Shown here: positions 1 through 12,533 of the stretch, one piece after another
Position numbering within the stretch: the first letter of the stretch is position 1
Layout of the letters: every line of letters begins with the position of its first letter
Source: Lama glama
Taxonomy: Eukaryota
NCBI GenBank assembly: GCA_028534125.1
Contig: CM052817.1
Span: 4,714,001-4,778,000, forward strand
Direction: 5' to 3'
DNA: 64,000 nt
Position numbers and translations under genes: made by a program
Notes under the pieces: generated by a model
What the model saw: only the letters and a program-made list of their open reading frames with translations
Database searches by the model: none
Told to the model about the DNA's origin: nothing

Positions 1-927
1 CTCTTTGTTCCCAGCTCTCAGTGGCTCCAGGGCACTGTGGAGGGTCCCTGTGTAACGACCTGGGGACCTCCAAGGCTGGCATCCTCCAGGGAACCACCTG
101 GGCAGATGGAGTCAGCAAACTACGTTTTGACTGTTGGCCTCGTCATGGTCTTCGTCTAGAACCCCCACCCTCATCCTCAGCTGAGTGCGGCCATGGCTTG
201 CTGCTGCTGTGTTTCTTTGGAGGAGTGAGGACAGACTGGGTCACACTCTGGATGGTCTGTGTACCATCCTGCACCTGCAATGTCCAGGTTCACCAACAGA
301 TGGCGTTTAAGGGGCCGTGGTTATTCTCTGCCCAACGTTAAATGTGCACAGGGAGGGGCCATTTTGCATTTTGATGCCGTGCTTGGGCTCCGGAGCCAGA
401 CTGTGTTTCCCCACCCTCCCTGCTGCCTCTTAGCCCGGTGCTGTCCACCCACTCTGTGCCTGCCCTTCTTCGCCTGCAAAGGGAGGGGATAAAAGTAACT
501 GGCTCGCAGGACAGATGCTCAGACTGAATCTCATCAAGCAGGGGCCCAATAAAAATGAGCCCTGATGACTGTCTGCTCTGTGCAAGCCACTGCCCCACCA
601 GGAGGCCCTGGAGAGAAACCCCAAAGACACCACTGTGGAAAGAACTCCTTCCTTCATCTCACAGAGTTATTTCCACCAAAATGTGAGCCCCATGAGAATG
701 GGGGCCTTGCTCCCACTGTCCCCCTGGTACCCAACCCAATGGGGATGCAGAATTAGCACCTGCTGAACAACGGAGGAACGCACGGAGTTAGATAGAGCCA
801 ATAATCCAGGGGATGGAAGATTAGCTTCCAAGTCCTTCATATTCCAAGTAAGGGCTGCAAGAGCTTGGGAATGGCGATGACGGTGGTAATTATCTCAGGG
901 AAACATGATGAGTTAGGCGGATCAGAG

Positions 928-1142
928 CAGCAGTTCTCAACTGGGGTGACTTGCCTGCTGGGGAACACTTGGCAGTGTCCAGGGTCATTTTTGGTGTCAG
1001 AACTCTGGAGGTGCTACTGGTGCCTAATGAGCAGCGGTCGCAGATTCTGCCAAACACCCTACAATGCCAGGACTGTTCCCACATCAAAGAATTGATGTCA
1101 GCAGTCATCAAGTGTCAATAGCGCCGAGGCTGAGAAACCCTG
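928..1142 (+). mobile_element. MER20 (hAT-Charlie non-autonomous DNA transposon), full length
   Basis: Runs cagcagttctcaactgggg...gtcaatagcgccgaggctgagaaaccctg; flanks gatcagag/gattaaag are a degenerate 8-bp TSD. Confidence 0.85.
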
Positions 1143-2785
1143 GATTAAAGGAACGTGCTCTAAAACCATAAAAGCAAGTACAATTAGCGTTAATAGTATT
1201 ATTAACTATGACACATGCAGTATTTGAATTTTAAAAGGTAATGTTTTTAAGGGCTCCAAAAGGTAGCGTTCATGTGAGTTTTAAATGTTTCTATTCCTTT
1301 AAGAGTGGACACGGATAGAAAATTCAGCTCCTCAAACCCCTTTCTCACCAAGGGCTTCTTATGTTTGGCAAAACTTTTGTCACATGTCTCAGAAGACCTT
1401 TTGGAAAAATCATCCCAGCTCAGATCTTTGGCCAAAAATAGGAGGTCAAGCCCCACGGTGCACTTCTCAAATGGATGGAAACCCAGCTGCGCAGGTCTCG
1501 GAAGTCCCGGCCAGTCTCTGGAAGCAGACATTCCACCTGACTCGGAGGCCTTCTGCCAGCTGAGACCATTAGCCAATAGCTGCACTTTCACAAAATCAGG
1601 CAGAGCTCATTTTAATTTTGTTCTCTGTTTAGAAACTGACGTCCAGAGAGGTCAGACTCAGGGTATCTCCTCCGCGTCGCCACAGTGACCCGCGCACGTC
1701 TGCATACCAGCATCTCCTCTGCAGGCTGCGGGCAATCCGAGGACACGGGCCCAGCTAGATTCACTTCTGTGTCCCCAGGTCCCCGTCCAGGATTATGACA
1801 CATCTGTCAAAGGACTGGATGAGAATCTTCTATGGGAGCTGACACAGCAGTTGTCCTGCCCCTGTCCCCTTGGCACTTCACACCTGCGACAGCGTCCGCG
1901 TCCCACGGGAGGAGGGGAACCTTTTCTTTGCTCAAGAGCTTTCTCTAGTTGCAGAAGCACACTTGGTCCAGGCAAGACACATGTCGCTGTGCGGGGAAGG
2001 GGCAAGTAGGAGACTTCAGTAGCATCCTTCAACCCAAGAGGGCTTGGAATTGCAGATGAATGATCCAGGGTAAAGGGGAGGAAGTGCTGAAGGGTTTGCA
2101 GTTCGTCTGGCTGTTAGCACAGCAGACACCATCTTGGGCCCATTCAGCTCCTCCTGTCCTCCCACTGACCCTGCCTGGGGCTGTACTGTGCCATGAATCT
2201 CCTCTCTGTCATCAGGGGCTTTGCAGTTAGTAGATACTCTTTAATGATCACCAGGTCCAGATAGCTTCTGTGCTCTGTTAGTCTCCAGAGAACGTTCAGG
2301 ACCTTCACTGACGTACTCCTGGCACCCGTGAGACTAGTCGCCCATCATAAACCAGATAGGGCCTTGACTTAGAAATGCAATCCCCATTTCTAAGCACTCA
2401 CCCCCATACCTTAGGTTAACTATACAATTATCCGCACGGCCCCTCGGAGGTGCAGAGTTCAGCTCCAGACGCTGCCACGTTGCCTCATGTCCCATCCGAG
2501 CCGCATGTAAGTCACCCACAACACACATCGTGTTGCCTGCCCCGTTTTTCAGTCTCAAGGCACCTTCTCAGTTCGGTGGGCACGTTTCGTTCCCTCGGTC
2601 CTCGGGCACAGTTTTAGATGAGGATTCTTGTGACTCAGCCCAGGACCAACCAGCGGACACAAGGTTTGGGCACACTGGTCTCCAGCAGAAATTCTCAAAC
2701 TTTTGGGCACCAGAACGGTTTGACGAACATGTGGAAATGCAGGCCCCCAGGCCCGTTCTTGCAGCTTCTGATTCAGGAGGAGGCT

Positions 2786-3222
2786 GTGCTGGTTTCCCAG
2801 GGCGGCTGTGACACAGCACCACCAGCCGAGTGGCTCACAACAACGGACATGTATTGTCTCGCCGTCTGGAGACCAGAAGTCTGAAATCAAGGTGTTGGCA
2901 AGGTTGGTTCCTTCTGGAGGCTCTGAGGGAGACTGTCCCAGGCCTCCCTCCTGGCTTCTGGTGGCCCTGGGCCACCGTTGCTGTTCCCTGGCTTGGAGAT
3001 GCACCGCTTCAGTCTCTGCCTCCCTCGCCCTGTGTCTGTGTCTCTTACCTTCTTAACAGGACACCAGTCATGTCAGAATACAGACCCCTGCTCCACTATG
3101 ACCTCATCGTAGCTAATTATATCTGCAACAACCCGATTTCCAAATGAGGTGTGGTTCCGTGGTACTGGTGGCTAGAACTTCAGCATATTTTGGGGGGGGC
3201 GGACATGATTCAGTCTGTGACA
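2786..3222 (-). mobile_element. MLT1 (MaLR) solo LTR, next to a MER5A-like fragment at ~2680-2785
   Basis: tctggagaccagaagtctgaaatcaaggtgttggcaaggttggttccttctggaggctctgaggg...atctgcaacaacccgatttccaaatgagg. Confidence 0.8.
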
Positions 3223-5718
3223 GTCATAGCAACTCTAAATGCTAACAACTCCTGCCCACAGGAGATACTCATAGGTACCCTTGTGACCACTGACTTCCTT
3301 CCGGTCCATCTTTGCTGCACCCCCTGCAGAGACAAGCGGGACGGCACACCGGAGCAGGACCGCTCTGCTGCCAGTTGATAGCCAGGCGAGTGGAGGATGA
3401 AGGGAGACGAAACTGCAGGAGGATGCCGGGAGAGGGCAGCGCGGTCCCTGCGGAGCAGGAAGAGGAGCCTGGCTCAGCGTCCCAGCATCCCCCACTCTCA
3501 TCCCACTGGCCGCGTGGCTGATGTCGGAAAGAAGATACTTGACTTAATTTTTCCAGCTACTCGAGTGCCAACACAGCAGGTGCTTCAAAAGTAGGATTGC
3601 AGAAAGGAGTGCAGGATGAATAGTGCCTACTTTTTTCCTGGTTTTAAAGGAAAACGCTTGGTTTCGGGCAGATCAAGCCTCATGCGCTGACGTCTCACAG
3701 ACATTTTTGCAGATGAGAATCCGCAGCAGGGAGGGTTATGGGTGGATGCACTGTGGTCCCTTCCCGTGGACATCGTGGAGCAGGGATAGGGTTTGACATG
3801 GAGGGGTCCACACGATGCTCAGACCAAGCCCTCCACCTGGATACTCTTATACGGCAGGTGGGGAGAGGCTGGGGGACAGGCACTTGCCGCAGCACGCCTG
3901 CTCTGACAGGTAGCCTGTCAGCCTCAGGGCCACCGGGGAGTATCTCAGGTGAGCAGAGAGGCAGGGACGAGGGAGCGGGAACCACAGTCCGACCCGTGCA
4001 CAGCTCCCACCTTGAGCGATTTTCTTCCCTGCCTCCTCTTTTCCATATGCTGATCCCTGACCCCCCAGACTGGAATATGACTTCCACCCTCTCTTTATTC
4101 TGCTAACTCCTGTTAACTGTGCCAGCCTCACTTCAAAATCCATGACCCCAGCTCTCAAAGGGGTCCTCAGCCGGCTGGGCAGTCCTACTACATTTTCCTA
4201 ATCAGTTCACTCTTCCACGCGAGAAAGAAAATCTAATTGGCTGAAGCCACTGCAGGGTGGTGCTTCTGCTGAAAGCAGCCAGGTGCAGCCCCTGAACGAC
4301 ACAAGGCGGGGGGGGGGTATCTCTCATTTTCATTTTCTTTGAAAGGGAAGCAACTTGGATTCTTCCGATTCCAGGTGGAAGCACCTCCTGGCGTGCAGCC
4401 CAACGCGCAACGCAATCGCTACTGCCTGGGTTCCTCGCCCGTCTGCCTTTTCACGCGCTCACGTTTGCTACCCAGACACTCTCTGAGGACCCTACAGACA
4501 TGCCTGAACTGGTGAAGGACCCCAGGCAAGGCTCCCTGGAGCCCACCATCACTTTGGTCCAAAGCACCCAAGCTGATTTGGGCAGAAGTTCCCAGGACTG
4601 GGTATCCATGGCAGGGAAGGAAGGGACGTGAGCGTCAGAGAAGGCAGGACCACAGAGAAATGGCGATGAGCTTTGAAACCACTCCCCACGTAAGCCCTCG
4701 CCTGCCCCAAGTCGGACGGGCTGTGTCATAGAGGCCCTTTCCGTTCTGCTGGCCAGAGTGGGGACCAAGGAAACATGGTCCTCCAGTGGCTTGGTGCGTG
4801 TGTCTGGGCCAACGGGGCAACCAGTGGCCCTTGAGCCGTAGCCACCCGGGAGAAAGGACAGGCCGCCACCTCCCTCGCTGGGAATGAGGTGCTGCCCTGC
4901 CCACCAGCCCCGGGGCCAAAATCTAAATAACCCTGTCCCGGGTCCTTCACCTCTTGTGCCCACCTCCACGCGTGCTCAGGAATTCAAACTTCTTAATCGG
5001 CTCTTGGTCCCTGCATCTGCCCAGCTGTCTCACTCCTCTGTGTATTGTCCTTGTTCCTGGACCGCCACACCTTGCCCTCCTCGATCCTCAGGACTCAGCC
5101 AGGCATGATGCTTCTAGAAGCTTCTCTGACATCCAGGCTGAGCCTGGCGCCTGCTGTGGGAGCCACTGCCTGGGCTGCCCTTTTCCATGGCACACATCCC
5201 CTCTGCTGCTAGAAACCGGAAACGGTGGAACATTGGTGACTGCCTAAGGGTCAACCCAGCGTTTGCCCGTCTGGCCCTCCTGGAAGGAGGGAAGCGTATC
5301 TGACCATCTCTGCAAGGCCAAGGCCGAGTTGAGTGTTGGCCCAATGGGGCTGACCTGCTGTCAGTCCTGCCCGCAGGGCTTCAGCGCCCGCTGCACAAGC
5401 CCACCGCTGCCCCAGCCTCCGCCCTGACTAACCAGCCTCAGGCAGACGGGCTCCCAGATACTAAGGGCAGCTGGGACCAAGCCTGGGCCTTTGCTTCCTT
5501 TGCTGGGCAACCCCTGGAAGGGCAGTGGTGCGGCCAGGTCAGAGCCCCGCGGAGCCCCTCCCAACACAGCATCACCCTGTCTCCTGCCTGCCCGTGACGC
5601 TGGGGTCCTGACACAGCCCACACCACCTTCCCTCATTAAATAATAGCAACAATAATAATCATCCTTTCCATGAGTACTCCTACTGTGCCGGGCATTGTAT
5701 CAACAGCCTCGTTTCATC

Positions 5719-5808
5719 TTTTTTTTTTTCCACTGGAGGTAAGGGGGATTGAACCCCGGACCTCGTGCCTGCTAAGCATGTGCTCCACCACTGAGCTATC
5801 CGCACCCC
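5719..5808 (-). mobile_element. tRNA(Ala)-derived camelid SINE (vic-1-like), inserted in a MIR
   Basis: poly-T, then ggggattgaaccccggacctcgtgcctgctaagcatgtgctccaccactgagctatcc (reverse of the pol III A/B boxes); degenerate TSD cagcctc...atctt. Confidence 0.8.
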
Positions 5809-6262
5809 CAGCCTCACGGAATCTTACAAGAGCCACACTGCAAGGGAGCGATTTCCATTTGGTCACTGCTGTACACGGGGCTCAGTGACATTAATAGCTT
5901 GCCCCAGGCCACTCTGGCAGCGGCAGAGCCAGGACTTGGTCCCGGGTAGTTCCACTCCGGGGCTCGGCACACAGCCATCTGCGGGCCCGCCTCTGCGCCT
6001 GCCCCGTGAGGGCCCGCTCCGACCTGCCGTGGCCGCCCACCGCCCACTTCCCGGGAAGCCCCTGCGGCCCAGAGAGGTGAAGGGAGTGCCTTGCTCAGGC
6101 CGCGTGGCAGACGCAGGGTTAGAACAGCGGGGGCCGCCTGCTGCTTCCCTCCCAGCACCACAGCTGGCTTCGTGGGGCGGGGGCCAGGGACCCCGATTCT
6201 CCCGGGGAGACCTTCTGCTCTTAGACGGGCTCTGCCCAGCGGATGCCGGTGGAGGGACTTAC

Positions 6263-6327
6263 TTCTCTCTGTTGAATATGATGAATTCCTTCCGCACCGT
6301 CTCCAAGCACTGCTGGAGGTGTCCGTT
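6263..6327 (-). CDS. STK32B: STK32B coding exon (65 nt, probably exon 11): NGHLQQCLETVRKEFIIFNRE(K)
   Basis: ctctttgacAG|AAC GGA CAC...AGA GAG AA|GTaagt; carries the hydrophobic-motif-like FIIFN. The final exon was not found in the window. Confidence 0.95.
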
Positions 6328-6989
6328 CTGTCAAAGAGCAGAGAGGGGACTGTCAGTGACAAAGCATCATCCAGAGGACGACAAGGCGCAGAGACTGACC
6401 TATAGGGGACCATGGACGTTTGGGGCTGGGGACAAGATAAGTGGCTGGGGCAGTCCTGATCATGTAGGCAGCTGTGCCATGGGCAGGGCTGGGGGAGCTG
6501 GCAGACAAAGACATTTATCTCCATTTTAAGCCATTAAATCCAATTGAAAAGCCATGTTAAAATGGAATATGAACAGAAAATCATGACCTTGGTTTCCTGA
6601 TCACTAACTAAGAAGCACAGTGGGGGCGGGGGAGAACGTCAAGACCATCGTGCAAAGATGCTCATTCTCTTCAGAGCAGGTGCCGAGGCCCGTCAGTCTC
6701 ACAGACGCTCCGTAACACACACCTCGGAGGCCGCCTGGATGCGGGGCGCGTACTGCTCGCCTGGGCAGGAACCCTGCCCCCTTGTGCGCCCTGATGAATG
6801 TGCCCCCAGGCTTCTGCCTTAGTCTCCACAGGCACAGCGGAGGGCCCCCGATACTTTCAGGAACTACAAAGATGTTTTCATTTCTCTCACAGTTGGAAAA
6901 CAGTGAACATTTAGTGCTGAAAGTTATATTCAACATGGTACATCTTCATATCCATGTCACCAGAAATGATCGTTTTTAATGTATTTTTT

Positions 6990-7413
6990 TATGGCCGAAG
7001 GGGCACTCGCGGGCACTGTGCCCTCAAAAAGATACGTAGAAACCCTAACCCCGGGGCTGATGGACGAGACCTTAATTGGAAACAGGGTCACTGCAGATGG
7101 AACTAGTGTAGACGAGATCACACCGGAGAAGGGTGGGCCCTAAATTCAGTGACTGGTGTCCTTAAAAGAAGGCCACGTGAAGATGGAGCAAGAGACTGGC
7201 CGGTGCAGCTGCAAAGGATGCCGAGGGCTGCTGGCCACCACCAGAAGCCAGGAGAGGCCAGGAAGGACCTTCCCTACAGCATTTGGAGAGAGCAGAGCTC
7301 TGTCGGTACCTTGATTTTGAACTTCTGGCCCCCGGGACTGTGAGAGAATACACATCTGTTGTTTTAAGCCCCCAAGTTTGTGACACTTTGTGATGGCAAC
7401 CTGAATTAATGCA
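6990..7413 (+). mobile_element. MLT1 (MaLR) solo LTR
   Basis: aaaagatacgtagaaaccctaacccc...gactggtgtccttaaaagaaggccacgtgaag...ttttaagcccccaagtttgtgacactttg. Confidence 0.8.
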
Positions 7414-7753
7414 GGGACCCACAGAGGCTCAGGTGCCCAGAGCCCCTCGAAAGTCCCTGCCCCCCCAGCATAAAACCTTTGCAAAGGGCACTGGGGGCTA
7501 CTCGGCACAGAGCTGAGGTCACGCAGTGCTGTTTCTTCTGCTCCTGCTTAGGGATACGGAAGCTCCTGCACTAGGAACAGTGCTACTGTGAACGGTGAGA
7601 GCTCCGTACGTCCCTCTCGTGATGCTTTCACAGTGTTGTGCTACGAAAGGCCACTTGTTCCACAGATGCATCTGATTTACTGCAAATGAAGGTGTTTGGG
7701 AGGGCGAGGTGACAAGCCCCCATCGGGCGAAGCAGCAGCCTCGCCCAGCCTCA

Positions 7754-8002
<249 letters not shown>

Positions 8003-10344
8003 TCATCCATTCCTTCAATCATTCCTTCAACAAGAAACAATTAACTACCCCTCTGGGACACGTCAGCTACATTTTTTTCCCTGATGATGAACAAAGATGC
8101 GTCCTTGCTGCCTACGTCAGTCATTCCTTGACCCCCATGATCCCCGCCCACCTGCCCACCTTGGGCAACCCCGCCTGTGATCATCCGTTTCCTTAATCTT
8201 CTTATGTATGTTCATTTCAGGAGGTGGAGTTCAGCTTTCCAATCTGGTATTTCCACTTATTTTATTCTACACCCCTTCTTATGTCATTCCTAGCTTTTAT
8301 AGAAATACATTTTTAAAAATTCCATTTAAAGACGCCATTTCTGTCCCAAATCTACCCAATTCCCAATCCTGGCTCCCTGTTCCCCTGCAGCTGGGGTCAG
8401 CTGACCCCCAGGCCCGGCCCTGCTCCAGCCCGGGCTCCAGCCACTCTGGTCAGAAGCAATATGGGGCTCCCTGACTTGTCCCAGGTGGCCCTTCCCCCCC
8501 CGGAGACCCAGCCCAGGACGCCAGCCCGCTCAGGCAATTCAGTCTCGTGATTATAAGGTCAACAGCTCTGAAGGGGCACAGAAAAAAAGCCCAGCTCTGC
8601 TTGCTGACCCTGGACAAATTCTTTATTTCTTTGGGACTCAGTTCACCTTCCGTAAAGTCTGGATAAGAAGTCCTCCCTCTTGGGAAATTAGACAAATGAA
8701 TAAAGCCCTTCACGTAGGGCCAGGTGAGGAGTGAGTCCTTGAGGGGATGTCCCCGCTCCTGCTGGGATGGGAGCCAGGGAGAAGGGGGCTGGGCACAGCC
8801 CTGGGGACCAGCCAGCCTTGCTACTGAGTCCTACATCCTCACCTTTCACCTGTGTGGCTTCGAGGAAGATGTAGAACCTCTCTCTGCCTCAGTTTCCCCA
8901 GCTGTGTAAAACGCAGCAGGCTCAGAGCACTGATGAGTGTTAACTGAGTATCTGTGAAGCTTCTGGAACAGGTCCTGCCTGGTCCCTGGCAGGCTTGCAA
9001 TGACTGGCCATTCCCTCTGCTGCCCTGCAGTCCCAGCCGTCTCCCGTGGGAGTCCTGGTCTTAAACTCCAACTGTGAAGTGAGGGTCTTGCTACCTGCAA
9101 TCAAACTTGCCTTGGCCAGCCTGCCCCACCCCCGGACATGAGCCAGTCCTGTCACGGCCGCGGCAGGAGGAAGGAGGGCTTTGCAGACAGAACTGGGGCG
9201 TGGCCTGGCTGTTCCTCTCACCACCACGTCACCCCGTCTCTCTGGGCCATAGTTTCCATAACTGGAAGATGAGAGAAGCCCTGCAAGCGTACAGCCCGTA
9301 GGCCAGGCCCTGCCCCTGCCCCGGGGGCACCGCCAGCTGTTAACCACGGTGATTATTATTGCTGTTTCCTTCGTGGGCTGCTGGGGGCAGCACTACGTCC
9401 TTTCCCCTTTCCTTTCTTCACCCTGGAGAAGAGGTCCCAGCAGAATGGTCCCATCGGGTTTGTCAGAAACGACAGCTGCCTGCCTGCGCCGGGCTCCCCC
9501 CAACACCAACCTCTGCAACTCAGCCGGCGTTCCCCTCTCCCCCGGGGCACATCTGTCCCCCACCACTCACCCTCTCCCGATGAACACGTCAGATTTCAGG
9601 CCCGTCTCTCCTGGCTTGATTTATCTGCCATTCTTTCATTCATTCATTCATTCCGAAGCAGGCTCCGGGTCCAGACCACCTGAGGTCAAGTCCTGGCTCA
9701 GCCAGTTTCTCCCTGAGTGCTGGTGGCCGGTCACCCACCCCGACACTGTTCAGCTAAGCTGAGAGAACTAACAGGACCCCCTTCCCCGCTGTGGGGCTTC
9801 TATGAGGAGTTTTGGAACATGTTCAACCCTGTTGACTGTTACCCTCAGTTCATCCAGACCCATGTGACAAGCACACACCGAGGGCTTCGAGTGGCCTCTA
9901 GGGTCACCCACTGCTCTGGGGTCTCTCTCAGCCAACGCTGCAGGGCCCCTGTTCTCTGCAGCTCTCCGGCGGGTGGCAGGTACATTGTAACAGAATGGTA
10001 CTGGCTGCTAACGCAGACCCGGGCGCCTGTCCTGGGGAACCAGTGAGGCTGTGATTCACTGCAGGGAAGGAGCTGGAGGGGCTGCCCAGGAAGGTCCCCA
10101 GAGGAGGCAACGTCTGAGCTTGCTCCTCATCCAGAAGGCAGTTACCAAGACCCTCCCATGGACCGGCTGCTGTGTTTTATGCTGAGTCTGGAAAGAGGTG
10201 GAGATTTCCAAGCGGACAAGAAGGGCGTCCTTGGAAAGTGAAGCATTGTGTGCAAAGATACGGAGGTCAGAAACTGTAGCCAGAGGGGACAACTGTCGGC
10301 ATCTGGGTGTGGCTGGGTGTGGGCCCAGTGCGCGGGTGTTTGTG

Positions 10345-10390
10345 TGAGTATGCACGTATGTATGTATGTGTGTGTGTGTGTGTGTGTATG
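10345..10390. repeat. (TATG)n/(TG)n microsatellite
   Basis: tatgtatgtatgtgtgtgtgtgtgtgtgtg. Confidence 0.9.
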
Positions 10391-10927
10391 TTGAGCGGAG
10401 CTAGAGAGGGGCAGCAGGGGATGGCTGCAAAGGCAGGTAGCTGTCCTAAAAGATAATGCCACATGTTGGCTCCACGTGTCCCCCAGGACATCTGCACACA
10501 GCCCTGGGGAGGCTGAGACGAGGCAGGGGGAAGAATTCATTAGACACTTTGCACCAAGATCCCTGGGCTTCATCGATCTGGCCTGAGCTTGGCAGAAGAG
10601 GACACGGAGAATGCAAGCATCTCTATCTGCATACCCAGAGTGTGCATTCTGCATGAAGTCAGCGAAGGGAACTGAGAACAGCCCTCCAGTGGGTTTGTTA
10701 ATACAGCAATGGCCCAGGTGGTATTTACTGAGGCTCACAGTGTGTCAGGCCCTGTTCGGAGCCTCTGGAAGCCCCTGGGCAGTCGCTCCTCCCAAGATCC
10801 GTGAGGGGCCCCCGTCTTTTCCCCAGTTAACAGGCGATGAGCCTGCTCCTGGAGCCTGTGCGCCGGGGATCCCAGAGGCAGCAGAGGGGACCCAGCCTCC
10901 AGCTGCTGCAGGCCTCCTTCTAGGACG

Positions 10928-11133
10928 CAGCCCTGGTTTATTACATGTGCCTTTGTACGGAGGGGATACTTGGCAATGTCTGGAGACACTTTTGGTGTCA
11001 CAAGTGGGAAGTGCTCCTGTCACCTCATGGGCAGAGTCCTGGGATGCTGCTGAACAGCCTCGATGCACAGGACAGCACCGTCACAATGAGCTGCCCGGCC
11101 CCGACGCCCGCAGAGCGCCCACGAGGGGCCCTG
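10928..11133 (+). mobile_element. MER20, diverged, with a GC-enriched 3' half
   Basis: ttggcaatgtctggagacacttttggtgtcacaagtggg...gggatgctgctgaacagcctcgatgcacaggacagc. Confidence 0.8.
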
Positions 11134-11779
11134 CCCCGGCCTGCAAGCCCCCTGACGACCGGTGCTGCGGCCTTTCACTGCCAGGGACTCAGCGGGTACT
11201 GTGCCGGCGCCTGCACACGCACGTGCTCCGCGAGCACAGGCCGCACGGGCGACCCGCCCCGCACAGAGAGCCCACAGCTGGCCAGGCAGAGCCCCGGGAC
11301 TCCTACAGTAGGAAGAGGGGAAAGGGCAGTAGCTGAGCAGCCACTTTGTCACAGCCTCGGGCACCCGTCTCCACACAGCTGTCTAAGGGGCTGTGAGGAG
11401 GCAGGGAGCCCCTGAGGCGGACAGAGGCAGCTCTGGGCTGGGGACTCGGAGAAGGCAGGCTTCCCCTGCTCAGAAATATGCACTGGGTTCACAGCACAGA
11501 GGTGGCGGTGCTGGACTGTAGCCCAGGACTTCTGTCCCACTGATCGCTCCTCCTTCAGTGCGTTCTGCAGACTCCCGGGGAAATGCAAGACCAGCGCCCA
11601 CCCCAGCCCCCAGCTTCCCTGCCCCCGCCCCAGACCTGTTTCCCATGGGGTTTCACCTCCCTGCAGACAATAGTCCGGTGTTTGGAGGACATAGTCTGAA
11701 ACCCTTATTCCGGCCTCCGGAAGCCTCCAGGGTACGGGCTGTTGCCCCTCCCACCCTCATTCCCTATTATTTTCTCTCT

Positions 11780-12190
11780 ATTTTATTCAGCTCTTGCTAT
11801 AAAACCTTTTCACTGTTCCTTGAAACCCAAGTTTTGGCTGCCCCGAGGCAGCATGTAATCTTGCTGTTCCCTCTGCCTGGAAGGCTCAGTCCCGTCCCTG
11901 CAAGCCTGGTTCTCTCGCCGAGTTCAGACCTCTGCCAACTCTACCTCAGAGCAGCCCTTGCCTCTTCATCCTTCATCCTGGTCTCGTTTGTCTTAGCTCT
12001 TCTGTGCATGGTAATCACCCACATCACTACCTGGAGTCAGGTTATACACTTACTGGTGGCCCAATGTCTTTCTCTACTGGACAGTTGGCTCCATGAAAGC
12101 AGGGCTCACTCTGCTCCTGCCAGCCCCTCTCCCCCCGGGGCCCGGACCTGTGTGCATCACGGATGTGATTCAGTAAGAGATGGGAGGTTC
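11780..12190 (+). mobile_element. L2 3' fragment
   Basis: cttgctgttccctctgcctggaagg...tctctactggacagttggctccatgaaagcagggc, typical of the L2 3' end. Confidence 0.6.
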
Positions 12191-12407
12191 TGTGCCCACG
12201 AGGACCTGCTCCAGGGAGAGAAGCTGCCCAGCTGGACATCAGAAATCAGGTTCAAATCCATCTTGAATCTTAGTGAAACTCATCCCTCTGGTGCTCAAGT
12301 GACCATGACCAGGAAGGGCCCCACTGGCCAGCTTGTAGGCTTTTCCTGCACGCCCAGGCGGGGGACCCTGCAGAGGGCGGCATGCCACCGGACAGGACCT
12401 CACTCAC

Positions 12408-12533
12408 ATTGGGCACAAAGCCAGGTGTCAGCGCCTTCTCAAACACCGCATCCCAGTTCATGTCGGCCAAGTAGGGTGCGCTCTGGACGTCACCGAGACT
12501 GGACAGGCGGCTCTCGGGGTCCTTGGTCAGGAG
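12408..12533 (-). CDS. STK32B: STK32B coding exon (126 nt, probably exon 9): [42 protein letters not shown]
   Basis: tttgcctgcAG|CTC CTG ACC...CCC AAT|GTgagt, phase 0/0; kinase subdomain XI and the start of the AGC-like tail. Confidence 0.96.

Noticed and set aside
5740..5808. tRNA-like sequence (also at 17325-17400 and 42600-42672)
   Set aside because: A-rich tails, TSDs and decayed stems mark these as SINEs, not tRNA genes.
1..6262. Search for the final STK32B exon (LRRQQG...CSS*)
   Set aside because: No matching minus-strand sequence found; it is presumably beyond position 1.
5814..6529. Overlapping 236-aa (-) and 214-aa (+) ORFs
   Set aside because: GC-rich, stop-poor sequence. The real exon (6263-6327) is read in a different frame.
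10611..11415. 241-aa and 156-aa ORFs
   Set aside because: They translate a MER20 and its GC-rich flank; low-complexity Pro/Ala/Arg/Gly composition.
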